Positions 1-9,638 of a stretch of 64,000 nt of DNA are shown piece after piece. The position numbers and the translations under genes are program-made. The DNA lies in NCBI GenBank assembly GCA_903927955.1, contig CAIYOW010000101.1, positions 17,937-81,936 on the forward strand, written 5' to 3'. Numbering within the stretch: position 1 is the stretch's first letter; each line of letters starts with the position of its first letter. This DNA comes from an uncultured Methylococcaceae bacterium (GTDB taxonomy: Bacteria; Pseudomonadota; Gammaproteobacteria; Methylococcales; Methylomonadaceae). A model generated the notes under the pieces. The model saw nothing but the letters and a program-made list of their open reading frames with translations. It was not told where the DNA came from and made no database searches.

Positions 1-1
1 G

Positions 2-1237
2 GCCGTTACCCAACGTTTTATTTTTCTTGAAGACAGTGATATTGCCGAGCTAAAAAAAGATAGCCTAGTGATTTTTAATGGCGATGACCAGATCGTCAGC
101 CGCCCGATCAAGAAAAGCGCACAAAAGGCTGATGCAAGCGACAAAGGCAGTTATAAGCATTTTATGCTCAAGGAGATTTATGAACAGCCCGCTGCAATTA
201 TCGCCACCTTAAAAGACCGTTTCGTAGGACAACGTTTTCAAGAAAACGCTTTCGGCATGAATGCAGCCGAAGTTTTCGATCAAGTCAAACGCGTACATAT
301 TGTTGCTTGCGGCACCAGTTATCATGCCGGTCTTATCGCCCGTTATTGGTTGGAAGAATTGGCTGGCATACCCTGCAATATCGAAGTCGCCAGCGAATTT
401 CGCTACCGTAAACCGATCATTTCCGCTGACACCTTAGTGGTTACCCTGTCGCAATCCGGTGAAACTGCTGATACTTTAGCAGCCCTGCAGGAAGCCCAAA
501 AATTAGGGGCTAAGTATTCCCTGGCAATTTGCAATGTGCCAGAAAGCTCTTTAGTCAGGGAATCGGATTTGGTGATGCTAACCTGTGCCGGAACTGAAAT
601 TGGCGTAGCCTCAACTAAGGCTTTTACCACCCAATTGGTAGCCTTAATGTTGCTGACCTTAGCACTGGGCAGACGTTTTTCGCTAGATGAAGTGACCGCA
701 CAGCGTATCACCAAAGAATTGTTGGCTTTGCCGAACAAGATAAAAAATGTGCTGAAACTGGATGCCAGCATCGAAAAACTGGCCGAGCAATTTGCTGAAA
801 AACAGCACGCATTATTTTTAGGACGCGGCACCCAATATCCAGTGGCGATGGAAGGCGCATTGAAACTCAAGGAAATTTCCTATATCCACGCCGAAGCTTA
901 TCCCGCCGGAGAATTGAAACACGGCCCTTTGGCCTTAATTGATGCCGAAATCCCTGTGATTGCTGTTGCTCCTAACAACGACTTATTGGAAAAGCTTAAA
1001 TCCAACCTACAGGAAGTCAGCGCGCGTGGCGGACAACTCATCATTTTTATGGATGAATGCCTTAAGCCAGAAAACGGCGATAATATCCAAACCATACAAG
1101 TGCCCAAAATCGGCAATGAACTCGCCCCCATCCTGTACACCATCCCTTTACAGCTGTTAGCCTACCACGTTGCTGTACTTAAAGGCACGGATGTTGATCA
1201 GCCAAGGAATTTGGCAAAATCGGTGACGGTGGAATAG
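2..1237 (+). CDS. glmS: Glutamine--fructose-6-phosphate aminotransferase (5'-partial, begins upstream of the window)
   Basis: Frame is open from base 2 (AVTQRFIFLEDSDIAEL...). Tandem SIS domains (ACGTSYHAG, SQSGETADT, ELKHGPLAL) and canonical C-terminus PRNLAKSVTVE. Confidence 0.98.
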   Translation, partial: AVTQRFIFLEDSDIAELKKDSLVIFNGDDQIVSRPIKKSAQKADASDKGSYKHFMLKEIYEQPAAIIATLKDRFVGQRFQENAFGMNAAEVFDQVKRVHIVACGTSYHAGLIARYWLEELAGIPCNIEVASEFRYRKPIISADTLVVTLSQSGETADTLAALQEAQKLGAKYSLAICNVPESSLVRESDLVMLTCAGTEIGVASTKAFTTQLVALMLLTLALGRRFSLDEVTAQRITKELLALPNKIKNVLKLDASIEKLAEQFAEKQHALFLGRGTQYPVAMEGALKLKEISYIHAEAYPAGELKHGPLALIDAEIPVIAVAPNNDLLEKLKSNLQEVSARGGQLIIFMDECLKPENGDNIQTIQVPKIGNELAPILYTIPLQLLAYHVAVLKGTDVDQPRNLAKSVTVE

Positions 1238-1284
1238 CGGAGATAGTAGCCGCAAATATTGACAAGAAGACTAGGCTGACTTGA

Positions 1285-1309
1285 TTGGCAGGCACAATTA
1301 GCCTGCCAA
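1285..1309. terminator. Hairpin between convergent glmS and recJ, probable terminator
   Basis: TTGGCAGGC-acaatta-GCCTGCCAA, perfect 9-bp stem; no strong U-tract. Confidence 0.55.
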
Positions 1310-1419
1310 ATTGAGAGATTGCTGGTAAAGTGGAAGTGCCTTTCCGGCAAGCAGCCACATACCTGACGTTCGGTCAAAGTCGTTCGACAAAAACATTGTC
1401 AAGCGCCTCCTTACCATAC

Positions 1420-3180
1420 CTAAGTTTCAAAATACTGTAACAACAGTTGCACAGCACGGTTGCCGCGATATTCATTAATGTCCAATTTATAAGCCGCTGT
1501 GATCTTGCGGGTGCCTTGCCATTGCTCGGGCGCTTCCACAAAAAAAGCAATGGCATCCAGCAACAATTGCCCGCCCGGCTTCCTTAACACCCATTTTAAA
1601 TGACGCTGCCCGACAATACGCACCTGCACCACTTCAAATGTGCCTGCAAAAACAGGTTCGGGAAACCCCTGCCCCCAGGTTGCGGCCCGCTCCAGCTCAT
1701 CTGCTACGGCAATCGTCATCTCTTGTTCGGACAATTCACCATCGACCATGATGGTTTGTTCTAAATCGACATCCACCAAACGTTTTTCAACCACCTCATT
1801 AAAAGCCAAGGCAAACGCAGGATAATCATGCAGGGCTATGCTCAGGCCCGCCGCCATAGCATGGCCGCCAAATTTGCTAAGTATTTTGGGGTGGGCGGAG
1901 GCAACATCGCTTAAGGCATCGCGGATATGTAAGCCGGGAATGGAGCGGGCCGAACCTTTTATGACATCTTTACCGGCGGGGGCAAAGGCAATCACCGGAC
2001 GGTGCAGGCGATCTTTAATCCGCGCCGCCAAAATGCCTATGACTCCCTGATGCCAATCGGCATCATACAAACACACACCTGCCGATAGATGGTTATTTTC
2101 TAAAGCATGGCTATCTTCCAGCAAGGCCAGTGCGGCAAACTTCATTTGCCCTTCTATATCACGGCGTTCGTTATTCAGTTCTTCCAATTTTAGGGCGATA
2201 CTTTTGGCATGTTGCAGGTCATCCATCAGCAGACAGCGTATCCCCAAGGCCATGTCATCAATACGTCCGGCGGCATTGAGCCTTGGCCCCAAGGAAAAAC
2301 CCAGATCAGAAGTAGTCAGTTTTTGCGCCTGCTTGCCCGCCGCTTCAATTAATGCCAACAAGCCCACATGGGCTTTGCCAGCCCTTATCCGCATCAAACC
2401 CTGAAAAACCAAGGTGCGGTTAATTCGGTCCATAGCCACCACATCGGCAACCGTACCCAAGGCGACAAAATCCAGCAATAGTGCTAAATTGGGTTCGGGT
2501 AGTGTTTGTTCGGCAAACCAACCCTGTTCACGCAAACGCGCCCGCAGTGCCATTAACACATAAAATATCACCCCCACTCCGGCAATCGCTTTGCTGGGGA
2601 AAGCATCATTAGGCAAGTTAGGGTTGACAATGGCATCAGCATCGGGCAACTGTTCGCCCGGCAAATGATGGTCGGTAATCAACACATCAATCCCCGCTTG
2701 CTTGGCAAATAACACCCCTTCTATACTGGAAATGCCGTTATCGACCGTAATCAGCACATCGGCTTGCTGTTGTTTGACCAATTCGACAATTTCAGGGGTC
2801 AATCCATAGCCATATTCAAAACGGTTCGGTACTACAAATGATAGTTGCGTGGCACCCATCAGCTGCAAGCCCTGCATAGCCACCGCACAACTGGTTGCCC
2901 CATCGGCATCAAAATCGGCAACAATACAAATATGCTGTTGCTGTTTGATAGCAGTTATCAAGCGCCCAATCAAAATCTCCATCCCCGACAATAACCAAGG
3001 CGACGGCAGTTTTGCTAAGGAACGGTCCAAGTCAGCACTTGAAGTGATACCTCTTGCCAAAAACAGCCGTTCTAATAAGGGTGAAGTGTCCTCAAATTGG
3101 CCAAGTTGGTTGCTTAATGGACGGGTGACGATGCGCCTTTTGACACCTTGGTGATACATGGAATATGTCCTTTTAATCAC
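1420..3180 (-). CDS. recJ: ssDNA-specific 5'-3' exonuclease RecJ (true start possibly ATG 3159)
   Basis: DHH motifs DFDADGATS, ITVDNG, ITDHH, ALGTVADV, GPRLNAAGR and DHHA1 motif FGGHAMAAG. Confidence 0.97.
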   Translation of the reverse strand: MIKRTYSMYHQGVKRRIVTRPLSNQLGQFEDTSPLLERLFLARGITSSADLDRSLAKLPSPWLLSGMEILIGRLITAIKQQQHICIVADFDADGATSCAVAMQGLQLMGATQLSFVVPNRFEYGYGLTPEIVELVKQQQADVLITVDNGISSIEGVLFAKQAGIDVLITDHHLPGEQLPDADAIVNPNLPNDAFPSKAIAGVGVIFYVLMALRARLREQGWFAEQTLPEPNLALLLDFVALGTVADVVAMDRINRTLVFQGLMRIRAGKAHVGLLALIEAAGKQAQKLTTSDLGFSLGPRLNAAGRIDDMALGIRCLLMDDLQHAKSIALKLEELNNERRDIEGQMKFAALALLEDSHALENNHLSAGVCLYDADWHQGVIGILAARIKDRLHRPVIAFAPAGKDVIKGSARSIPGLHIRDALSDVASAHPKILSKFGGHAMAAGLSIALHDYPAFALAFNEVVEKRLVDVDLEQTIMVDGELSEQEMTIAVADELERAATWGQGFPEPVFAGTFEVVQVRIVGQRHLKWVLRKPGGQLLLDAIAFFVEAPEQWQGTRKITAAYKLDINEYRGNRAVQLLLQYFET

Positions 3181-3190
3181 ATATCAGGCA

Positions 3191-3498
3191 TCATTGGCCT
3201 TCTAGCGGAAAACTACTGACAATCAATTGCCCCAGAGTGTAAATGGAATGGTAGTCATACTTACTCCCTAGTTTTGGTTCCCAATACCGCCCATGAGCAA
3301 GCCAGTGCCTATATTTGAATGCGCCTATCAATTCTGAAACAATGTAATTTGGAACATCACTAGGGTGTTTCCAAGAATTGAATATGTCTTGCTCTAAGGA
3401 AGCTTCATTACCTTTTAGGTCAAAAATTTCTTTGAATGTGCGGGATAAAATATCTTTTTTTTCCTGTAACATCTCTGTAAATAATCTATGGAAATATC
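3191..3498 (-). pseudogene. 5'-truncated, frameshifted remnant of a HEPN-like (RxxxxH) protein
   Basis: The 93-aa ORF carries R-H-W-L-A-H (3293-3310). No credible start or RBS between it and the glgX stop. The neighbouring frame reads IDYLQRCYRKK into an A8 run. AT-rich relative to flanks. Confidence 0.5.
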
Positions 3499-3514
3499 GG
3501 GTATATTTTTGCAG

Positions 3515-5608
3515 TTAAACCCAATAATTCTCCAACACCACCACCGACATCGCCCTAACTAAATACCCCCCCGCATCAACAACCTGTTGCTGTGCCGGCG
3601 CAACAATATCCAACGGTGCTGGCAAGGCGGTATCTAACGCTAAACACCATTGTTTGCTTTCAATAGCAGGCAGTTGCAGGGTGATATTTTGGTCTGACAT
3701 GTTCAGTATGATATGTAAGTCGAATTCGTTGTCATCAACCCCTGCTAAGGTAAATGCCAACAAACGGGCTTCTGGGTTGAACCATAAGGGGGAATATAGC
3801 TCAGTGCCGTGCCAGGCAATATCAGGCATTTTGCCTTCCACCGTTGACCTGCCGGTCAAGAACCGCCGCCTCATCAATGAGGGATGCCGCTTACGCAAGG
3901 CTATCATGGCACTGACAAAGCGTATCATTTCGGCATTTTTTTCAGCCATACGCCAATCCAACCAACACAGTTCGTTGTCTTGACAATAACCGTTGTTATT
4001 GCCTTGCTGGGTATTTAAAAATTCATCGCCCGCCAATAACATCGGTACGCCTTGGCTAAGCAAGAGGATGGCAAAGGCATTTTTGGCTTTTTGAATGCGC
4101 AGACGGACAATGTCGGGGTTATCCGTTTCCCCTTCAACGCCGCAGTTATAGCTGAGACTGTTATTGCAACCATCGCGGTTGTTTTCGCCATTAGCCTCGT
4201 TGTGTTTGCTGTTGTAGCTAAACAAATCGTACAGCGTGAAACCATCATGGCAGGTAACAAAATTAACGCTGCTGATTGGCAAACGCCCCTGATGTTCATA
4301 TAAATCACTGCTGCCGCATATCCGCGTGGCCAATTCAGTGATCAGACCGGCATCACCGCGCAGGAAACCGCGCACGGTGTCGCGGTAACGACCGTTCCAT
4401 TCCGCCCAGCGATAACCCGGAAAACTGCCGACCTGATACAGTCCGGCGGCATCCCATGCTTCGGCAATCAACTTGGTTTTGGCCAATTCCTTAGATAGTT
4501 CTATGCCCCACAACACCGGTGGATCATGCAATACGTCGCCATTTTCCCCACGCGCCAAGGCACTGGCCAAATCGAAGCGAAAACCATCCACATGCATTTC
4601 AGTGACCCAATATTCTAGGCAACTGATAATGAAGGCCGCCACTAAGGGATGGTTGGCATTAACCGTATTGCCGCAACCGGTGTAATCGCGGTAAATGCTT
4701 TTATCATGTTGGTTCAGATGATAAAAAATATCGCCACCGACCCCCCTAAAGTTCATCACTGGGCCATTAGCCCCAGCTTCGGCGGTGTGGTTGAACACCA
4801 CATCCATGATGACCCCGATACCCGCTTTATGCAACGCCTTGACCAGATCACGGAATTCGTTGATATGGGTGCCTTGTCCAGGAGTGACACAATAGCCGGG
4901 GTGGGGGCTGAAAAAACTGTGCGTGCTATAACCCCAGTAATTTTTTAAGCCAAGGTTGGCAGTGTTGGCGGGTACATCTTGTTCATCAAAAGCCATGACA
5001 GGCAACAGCTCAACATGACTGATGCCTAATTTTTGCAGGTAAGGTATTTTTTCTGTCATACCTGAAAAAGTGCCCGGGTTGTCCACATCGGACGAAGGAT
5101 GCCTAGTAAATCCCCCCACATGAACTTCGTATAGGATAGCTTTTTCACTACTGATGCGTAACGGAATGTCGCCTTCCCAGTCGTAATCGTTGATATCAAC
5201 TACCCGACAACGCATGGCTGTTGCACTATTGTCGCCCGGTTGGCAGGCAGCAGGGCGGCTCCAGCGTTGATCATCGACCACATACGCCCACGGGTCGATC
5301 AATTGTTTGTCTTTGTCAAAACTAAATCCGGCTTCACGCAAGCGGTTGGGACCGTCCATGCGCCATGTGTACCATGTGCCTATCGGTAATTTGCATATAA
5401 AAACATGCCATGAGAAAAATGTCCGGTTAGTGTCTTCCTGTAGTTGAATGATTTGAAACGGCTCTTCACAAGCGGCACTGCGGAACAGCAACAATTCCAC
5501 ACGGCTGGCATGGCGGCTAAAAATGGAAAAATTAACGCCATCCTTATTGGGCTCGGCTCCCGAAGGATAAGAATTACCAGGCTTTATCTTGTATTCAGTT
5601 TTCTTCAT
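3515..5608 (-). CDS. glgX: Glycogen debranching enzyme (isoamylase, GH13_11)
   Basis: GVNFSIFS, IYE(V)HV-like LYEVHV, NYWGY, DVVFNHT, DGFRFDLA, IAEAWD, NFVTCHDGFTL, GNNNGYCQDN; GGAG RBS upstream. Confidence 0.97.
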   Translation of the reverse strand: MKKTEYKIKPGNSYPSGAEPNKDGVNFSIFSRHASRVELLLFRSAACEEPFQIIQLQEDTNRTFFSWHVFICKLPIGTWYTWRMDGPNRLREAGFSFDKDKQLIDPWAYVVDDQRWSRPAACQPGDNSATAMRCRVVDINDYDWEGDIPLRISSEKAILYEVHVGGFTRHPSSDVDNPGTFSGMTEKIPYLQKLGISHVELLPVMAFDEQDVPANTANLGLKNYWGYSTHSFFSPHPGYCVTPGQGTHINEFRDLVKALHKAGIGVIMDVVFNHTAEAGANGPVMNFRGVGGDIFYHLNQHDKSIYRDYTGCGNTVNANHPLVAAFIISCLEYWVTEMHVDGFRFDLASALARGENGDVLHDPPVLWGIELSKELAKTKLIAEAWDAAGLYQVGSFPGYRWAEWNGRYRDTVRGFLRGDAGLITELATRICGSSDLYEHQGRLPISSVNFVTCHDGFTLYDLFSYNSKHNEANGENNRDGCNNSLSYNCGVEGETDNPDIVRLRIQKAKNAFAILLLSQGVPMLLAGDEFLNTQQGNNNGYCQDNELCWLDWRMAEKNAEMIRFVSAMIALRKRHPSLMRRRFLTGRSTVEGKMPDIAWHGTELYSPLWFNPEARLLAFTLAGVDDNEFDLHIILNMSDQNITLQLPAIESKQWCLALDTALPAPLDIVAPAQQQVVDAGGYLVRAMSVVVLENYWV

Positions 5609-5842
5609 TACAACATCTCCTGATTTGCTGTATACACTTAATCAAGTGTTTCTCAAAGCGGTCAAACAGCACTTAATAATGGGTACAGCATAATTTTTCC
5701 GGGGTCTTGGAACTCGCCAAGGGAAAATGCACTCTTATGGCTTAAAGTATGGGATTAACATGAAATCAATCATGTAGGGATTCAGTATTGTCGCCTAATT
5801 TTTAACTGAAGCTATTAAAGTGGCATCAGCCCCTAAAAACTG

Positions 5843-6580
5843 TCAGTCTTTTATAGCAATAATACAAACAAAATTAAACCATTGGAAATAAGTGTCAATT
5901 CGCTTAAATCCTGCCCGTTTTAGTAGGGCAAGGTTTTCATCCAAACGGTACGGAATCAAAACATTTTCCAATGCTTCGCGTTTGCGTTGGTTTTCGCTAT
6001 TACTGTAACCGCGTTGGCTGGTTTTAAAATCTAGGTAGTGGTCAATATAAAGCCGGTTCAATAGCCCGTCAGCCGCCAAAATTTTCTCTGACAACAATAC
6101 TATGCCGCCTGGCTGTAATGACTGGTAAACAGTCGCCAGCAAGCTTTCCCTTGCTAACGGCCGCACAAACTGCAACGTCCAATTTAATAGCACGGCATGA
6201 CAAGCCGGTAACAGGCTGATACTGGCCAAATCGGCAAGTTGTAATGTCACTCGGCCTTCTGCCAGCGCAGATGCCAATTTTTCACCGGCTTTATCAAGCA
6301 TTGCCTGTGAATTGTCATAACCTATAAAATGCATATCGGCAGGGCATTGGCTATGCTGGATAAAGGTGTCAATACTGGTACCTGTTGAGCAACCCAAATC
6401 ACAAACCACCGCCTGACTAGGCACACAATCCATCACCAAGTCAGCTTGCATGCGTTGTATTTCATGATAGAACGGGATGCTTCTGGCGACCATATCATCA
6501 AACACACCAGCAACACGTTCATCAAAGACAAAGTCTTCAACCCTGCCTGTTGCCTGAAAAAGCCTATCCTGAACGCTCAT
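5843..6580 (-). CDS. cmoA: Carboxy-S-adenosyl-L-methionine synthase CmoA-like (start at ATG 6580, MSVQDRLF)
   Basis: DFVFDERVAGVFDDM, DLGCSTG, DNSQAM, TLQF, LSEK, KREALENVLIP and QWFNF motifs; 245 aa. The longer ORF-track start overlaps malQ. Confidence 0.85.
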   Translation of the reverse strand: MSVQDRLFQATGRVEDFVFDERVAGVFDDMVARSIPFYHEIQRMQADLVMDCVPSQAVVCDLGCSTGTSIDTFIQHSQCPADMHFIGYDNSQAMLDKAGEKLASALAEGRVTLQLADLASISLLPACHAVLLNWTLQFVRPLARESLLATVYQSLQPGGIVLLSEKILAADGLLNRLYIDHYLDFKTSQRGYSNSENQRKREALENVLIPYRLDENLALLKRAGFKRIDTYFQWFNFVCIIAIKD

Positions 6581-6600
6581 AATTAAATTATCGGCGTGGC

Positions 6601-8064
6601 TTATTTTCGATTGAACAAACCTACCCAATAAGACAGGCGACCGGCGCGTTCCGGGGTCAGTTGTTCCCAATGGAAACACCATCCCCAATTGCCAACCGTC
6701 GTGCCGGGGGTATTCATTCTATGTTCGGAGTCCAGCTCAAGAATATCCTGCATAGGAATCACCGCAAGATTGGCAACCGATGCCAATGCTGCCTGCACTA
6801 ATGCCTGGTGCAGCGGCATGGCAGGGTTGCCCAAATATTCATAAATGTAATGCTTTTCATGATCTGACAGTTTTGTCACCCAACCCAGCGTAGTGTCATT
6901 ATCATGGGTGCCAGTATAAGCCACGCAGTTTTTACTGTAGTTATCCGGCAAATAAGGGTTGTCTGGGCCGCCACCAAAAGCAAACTGCAGGATTTTCATA
7001 CCCGGCAAATCAAAATCATCCCTTAACGTCTCCACTTCTGGGGTGATTATCCCCAAGTCTTCAGCCACTAAAGCCACTGAACCTACTTCTGACTTAATGG
7101 CCTGCAATAACTCATAACCGGGTGCCACCACCCATTGACCCACTTGTGCTGTCTCTTGATCCGATGGAATTTCCCATGCCGCTTCCAAACCACGGAAGTG
7201 GTCAATCCGCAAAATATCGAACTGTTCACCCTGTGAGCGCATCCGATCAAGCCACCAAGCAAACCCTGTTTGTTGCAAATAGCCCCAATTGTAATGCGGA
7301 TTACCCCAACGCTGCCCAGTCTCTGAAAAGTAGTCGGGGGGCACACCAGCTACGACCGGCATTTGACCTTTCTCATCCAATTTAAAAACTTTCGGGTTTG
7401 CCCATACGTCAGCGCTGTCATAAGACACAAAAATGGGGATATCGCCAAACAGGTAGACATCCCGCTGATTGGCATAATGCTTTATGGCCATCCATTGCTT
7501 ATAAAACACAAACTGTTCAAATTTGTAGCCACCAATTTGGTCTTTTAATTGTTGACCGGCTTCTTTAATAGCCTTTTTTTCTCGGTCACGCAATGGCATA
7601 GGCCACTGGCTCCAAGGCATTTGGCAGAATTGGTTACGTAATGCCATAAATAACGCAAAATTATCCAGCCAATACGCTTTATCGGTACAAAATTGCTTAA
7701 ATTCTTTTTTGTCTTTTGCTTCCGCACGTTCCAAAAAACCTTGGTAGGCTTTAGCCAGCAAACAATATTTATTAAATGCCGTACTGCCCCGGCAAGCATC
7801 ACACAGTTCATCGGCCAATAACCAATTGCTCTCAACCAGCTTTTCAATATCAATCAAGTTGGTGTTGCCGGCATGGGCAGAAAGCGACTGATACGGTGAG
7901 CCATCGGCATGGGTCATGCCCAACGGCAAGGTTTGCCAGACACTTATGCCGCAGTCATGAAGGAAATCAACAAAATAATAAGCATCTTTACCTAAGTCAC
8001 CAGAAGGTAAAGAGGTGATGTGCAATAGTATGCCCGCCCGGCGTTTAGTTAAAATTTCATTCAC
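6601..8064 (-). CDS. malQ: 4-alpha-glucanotransferase (amylomaltase, GH77)
   Basis: RRAGILLHITSLP, SPYQSLSAHAGN, GDIPIFV, AGVPPDYFSETGQRWGNP, RIDHFRG, AEDLG, YTGTHDNDT, MNTPGT. Confidence 0.97.
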   Translation of the reverse strand: MNEILTKRRAGILLHITSLPSGDLGKDAYYFVDFLHDCGISVWQTLPLGMTHADGSPYQSLSAHAGNTNLIDIEKLVESNWLLADELCDACRGSTAFNKYCLLAKAYQGFLERAEAKDKKEFKQFCTDKAYWLDNFALFMALRNQFCQMPWSQWPMPLRDREKKAIKEAGQQLKDQIGGYKFEQFVFYKQWMAIKHYANQRDVYLFGDIPIFVSYDSADVWANPKVFKLDEKGQMPVVAGVPPDYFSETGQRWGNPHYNWGYLQQTGFAWWLDRMRSQGEQFDILRIDHFRGLEAAWEIPSDQETAQVGQWVVAPGYELLQAIKSEVGSVALVAEDLGIITPEVETLRDDFDLPGMKILQFAFGGGPDNPYLPDNYSKNCVAYTGTHDNDTTLGWVTKLSDHEKHYIYEYLGNPAMPLHQALVQAALASVANLAVIPMQDILELDSEHRMNTPGTTVGNWGWCFHWEQLTPERAGRLSYWVGLFNRK

Positions 8065-8283
8065 CGTTATGTTCCGAAGTAGTGTAATGCCATATCACAT
8101 AACCATGATAAATCCAAGGTTAGGGTGAATGGCATAGGAATGATGGGGTTGGTCAATTAAGCGGAATCAAATGTTGCATTAGCTGGCAGCCCTAAGCGTA
8201 ACCTCCTACCAAAGCCCCCGAGTTAGTCAAAAGCCTAACTGGTAAGTGCCTTGGCAGATACAGCCACCGGCTATCTGACCCGA

Positions 8284-9552
8284 CTATCTGACATAATGCA
8301 GCTTCTGTCCTAACATGTCTGGCGTGACCAATACCACGCCACCTGGACTGACGTGAAAGCGTTTTTCATCATCCGCCCTGTTTTCACCCACCACCAGATT
8401 TTCGGGAACGTCACAGTTTTTTTCAATGATCGCTTTAGTGATTCGGCAATGCCTGCCGATGTTGGCACCCGGTAAAATGATGCTGTCTTCCACGATGGAA
8501 TACGAATTGACACGCACATTTGAAAATAATAACGAATGGCGGACTTTAGCACCGGATATCACACACCCGCCGGACACCATGGAATCCACCGCTGAGCCAC
8601 GGCGTTCATCTTCGTCAAAAACAAATTTGGCGGGCGGTGTTTGTTCCTGATAAGTCCAAATAGGCCAGGTTTTGTCATACAGGTTCATATCGGGCTTGAC
8701 GCCAATCAATTCCATGTTGGCAGCCCAATAAGCGTCAATAGTACCCACATCGCGCCAGTAGCTTTGCTCGCCACTTTGCAAATCCAAGAAGGGATAAGCA
8801 TTGACCACATATTTATCAATCACTGACGGGATGATGTCCTTGCCAAAATCACGGCTGGAACCTTTGGTGTCGGCATCTTTAAGCAATTGTTCAAACAAGA
8901 AAGCGGCGTTAAAAATATAAATGCCCATAGAAGCCAATGCGGTATCTGTGCGGCCCGGCATGATGGGCGGATTTTCGGGTTTTTCGACAAAAGCCGTGAC
9001 GCGGCGGTTGTCATCAACACCAATCACTCCAAAAGCCTTGGCCTCTTCCAATGGCACTTCCAGACAGCCTATGGTCAAATCCGCATTTTTTTCAACATGG
9101 TCACGCAGCATTTCGGCGTAGTTCATTTTGTAAATATGATCGCCAGCCAATATTAAAATATGCTCCGGTTTGCGGGTACGGAGAATGTCAATATTTTGGA
9201 ACACCGCATCCGCTGTGCCTTTGTACCAAGAATCTTCATCATGGCGTTGTTGCGCGGGCAGCAAATCGACATATTCGCCAAATTCGCCCCTTAGAAACCC
9301 CCAGCCTTGCTGGATATGGCGGATTAATGAGTCCGCCTTATATTGCGTCAAAATGCCAATTTTACGGATGCCCGAGTTGACACAATTGGATAATGGAAAA
9401 TCAATAATGCGGAATTTGCCACCAAACGGCACTGCCGGCTTCGCTCGCCAGTCCGTCATATTCATCAATCGGGAACCTCTACCGCCAGCCAAAATTAACG
9501 CAATAGTGTCACGTGTCAAATGATGGATATTTTTATTGGCTGATTCTGACAT
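8284..9552 (-). CDS. glgC: Glucose-1-phosphate adenylyltransferase
   Basis: [56 protein letters not shown] and left-handed beta-helix C-terminus. Confidence 0.98.
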   Translation of the reverse strand: MSESANKNIHHLTRDTIALILAGGRGSRLMNMTDWRAKPAVPFGGKFRIIDFPLSNCVNSGIRKIGILTQYKADSLIRHIQQGWGFLRGEFGEYVDLLPAQQRHDEDSWYKGTADAVFQNIDILRTRKPEHILILAGDHIYKMNYAEMLRDHVEKNADLTIGCLEVPLEEAKAFGVIGVDDNRRVTAFVEKPENPPIMPGRTDTALASMGIYIFNAAFLFEQLLKDADTKGSSRDFGKDIIPSVIDKYVVNAYPFLDLQSGEQSYWRDVGTIDAYWAANMELIGVKPDMNLYDKTWPIWTYQEQTPPAKFVFDEDERRGSAVDSMVSGGCVISGAKVRHSLLFSNVRVNSYSIVEDSIILPGANIGRHCRITKAIIEKNCDVPENLVVGENRADDEKRFHVSPGGVVLVTPDMLGQKLHYVR

Positions 9553-9638
9553 TAGGTATCTCCAGATGGAATAGTTTCACAACTATTGTTGTGTTTGGTA
9601 ATATTGGTCAACATTTTACTACACAGAGGCAATAAAAA

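Noticed and set aside
1340-1365. TCCGGCAAGCAGCC resembling the SRP RNA core
   Set aside because: It lacks the CAGG...GGAA...AGCAG symmetric loop and the long closing stem.
1200-1420. Tn7 or Tn7-like element at the glmS attTn7 site
   Set aside because: The TnsD-recognised glmS 3' end is present, but no TGT-starting Tn7 end, tns gene or target duplication follows; recJ converges directly. The site looks empty.
3473-3517. Stop-codon read-through fusing GlgX to the HEPN-like ORF
   Set aside because: The stop is TAA, which is rarely read through, and the adjacent-frame IDYLQRCY segment is better explained by a frameshifted separate gene.
8271-8292. CTATCTGAC duplicated at the glgC stop as a possible target-site duplication
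   Set aside because: The copies are only 4 bp apart with no element between; a local slippage duplication is the simpler explanation.
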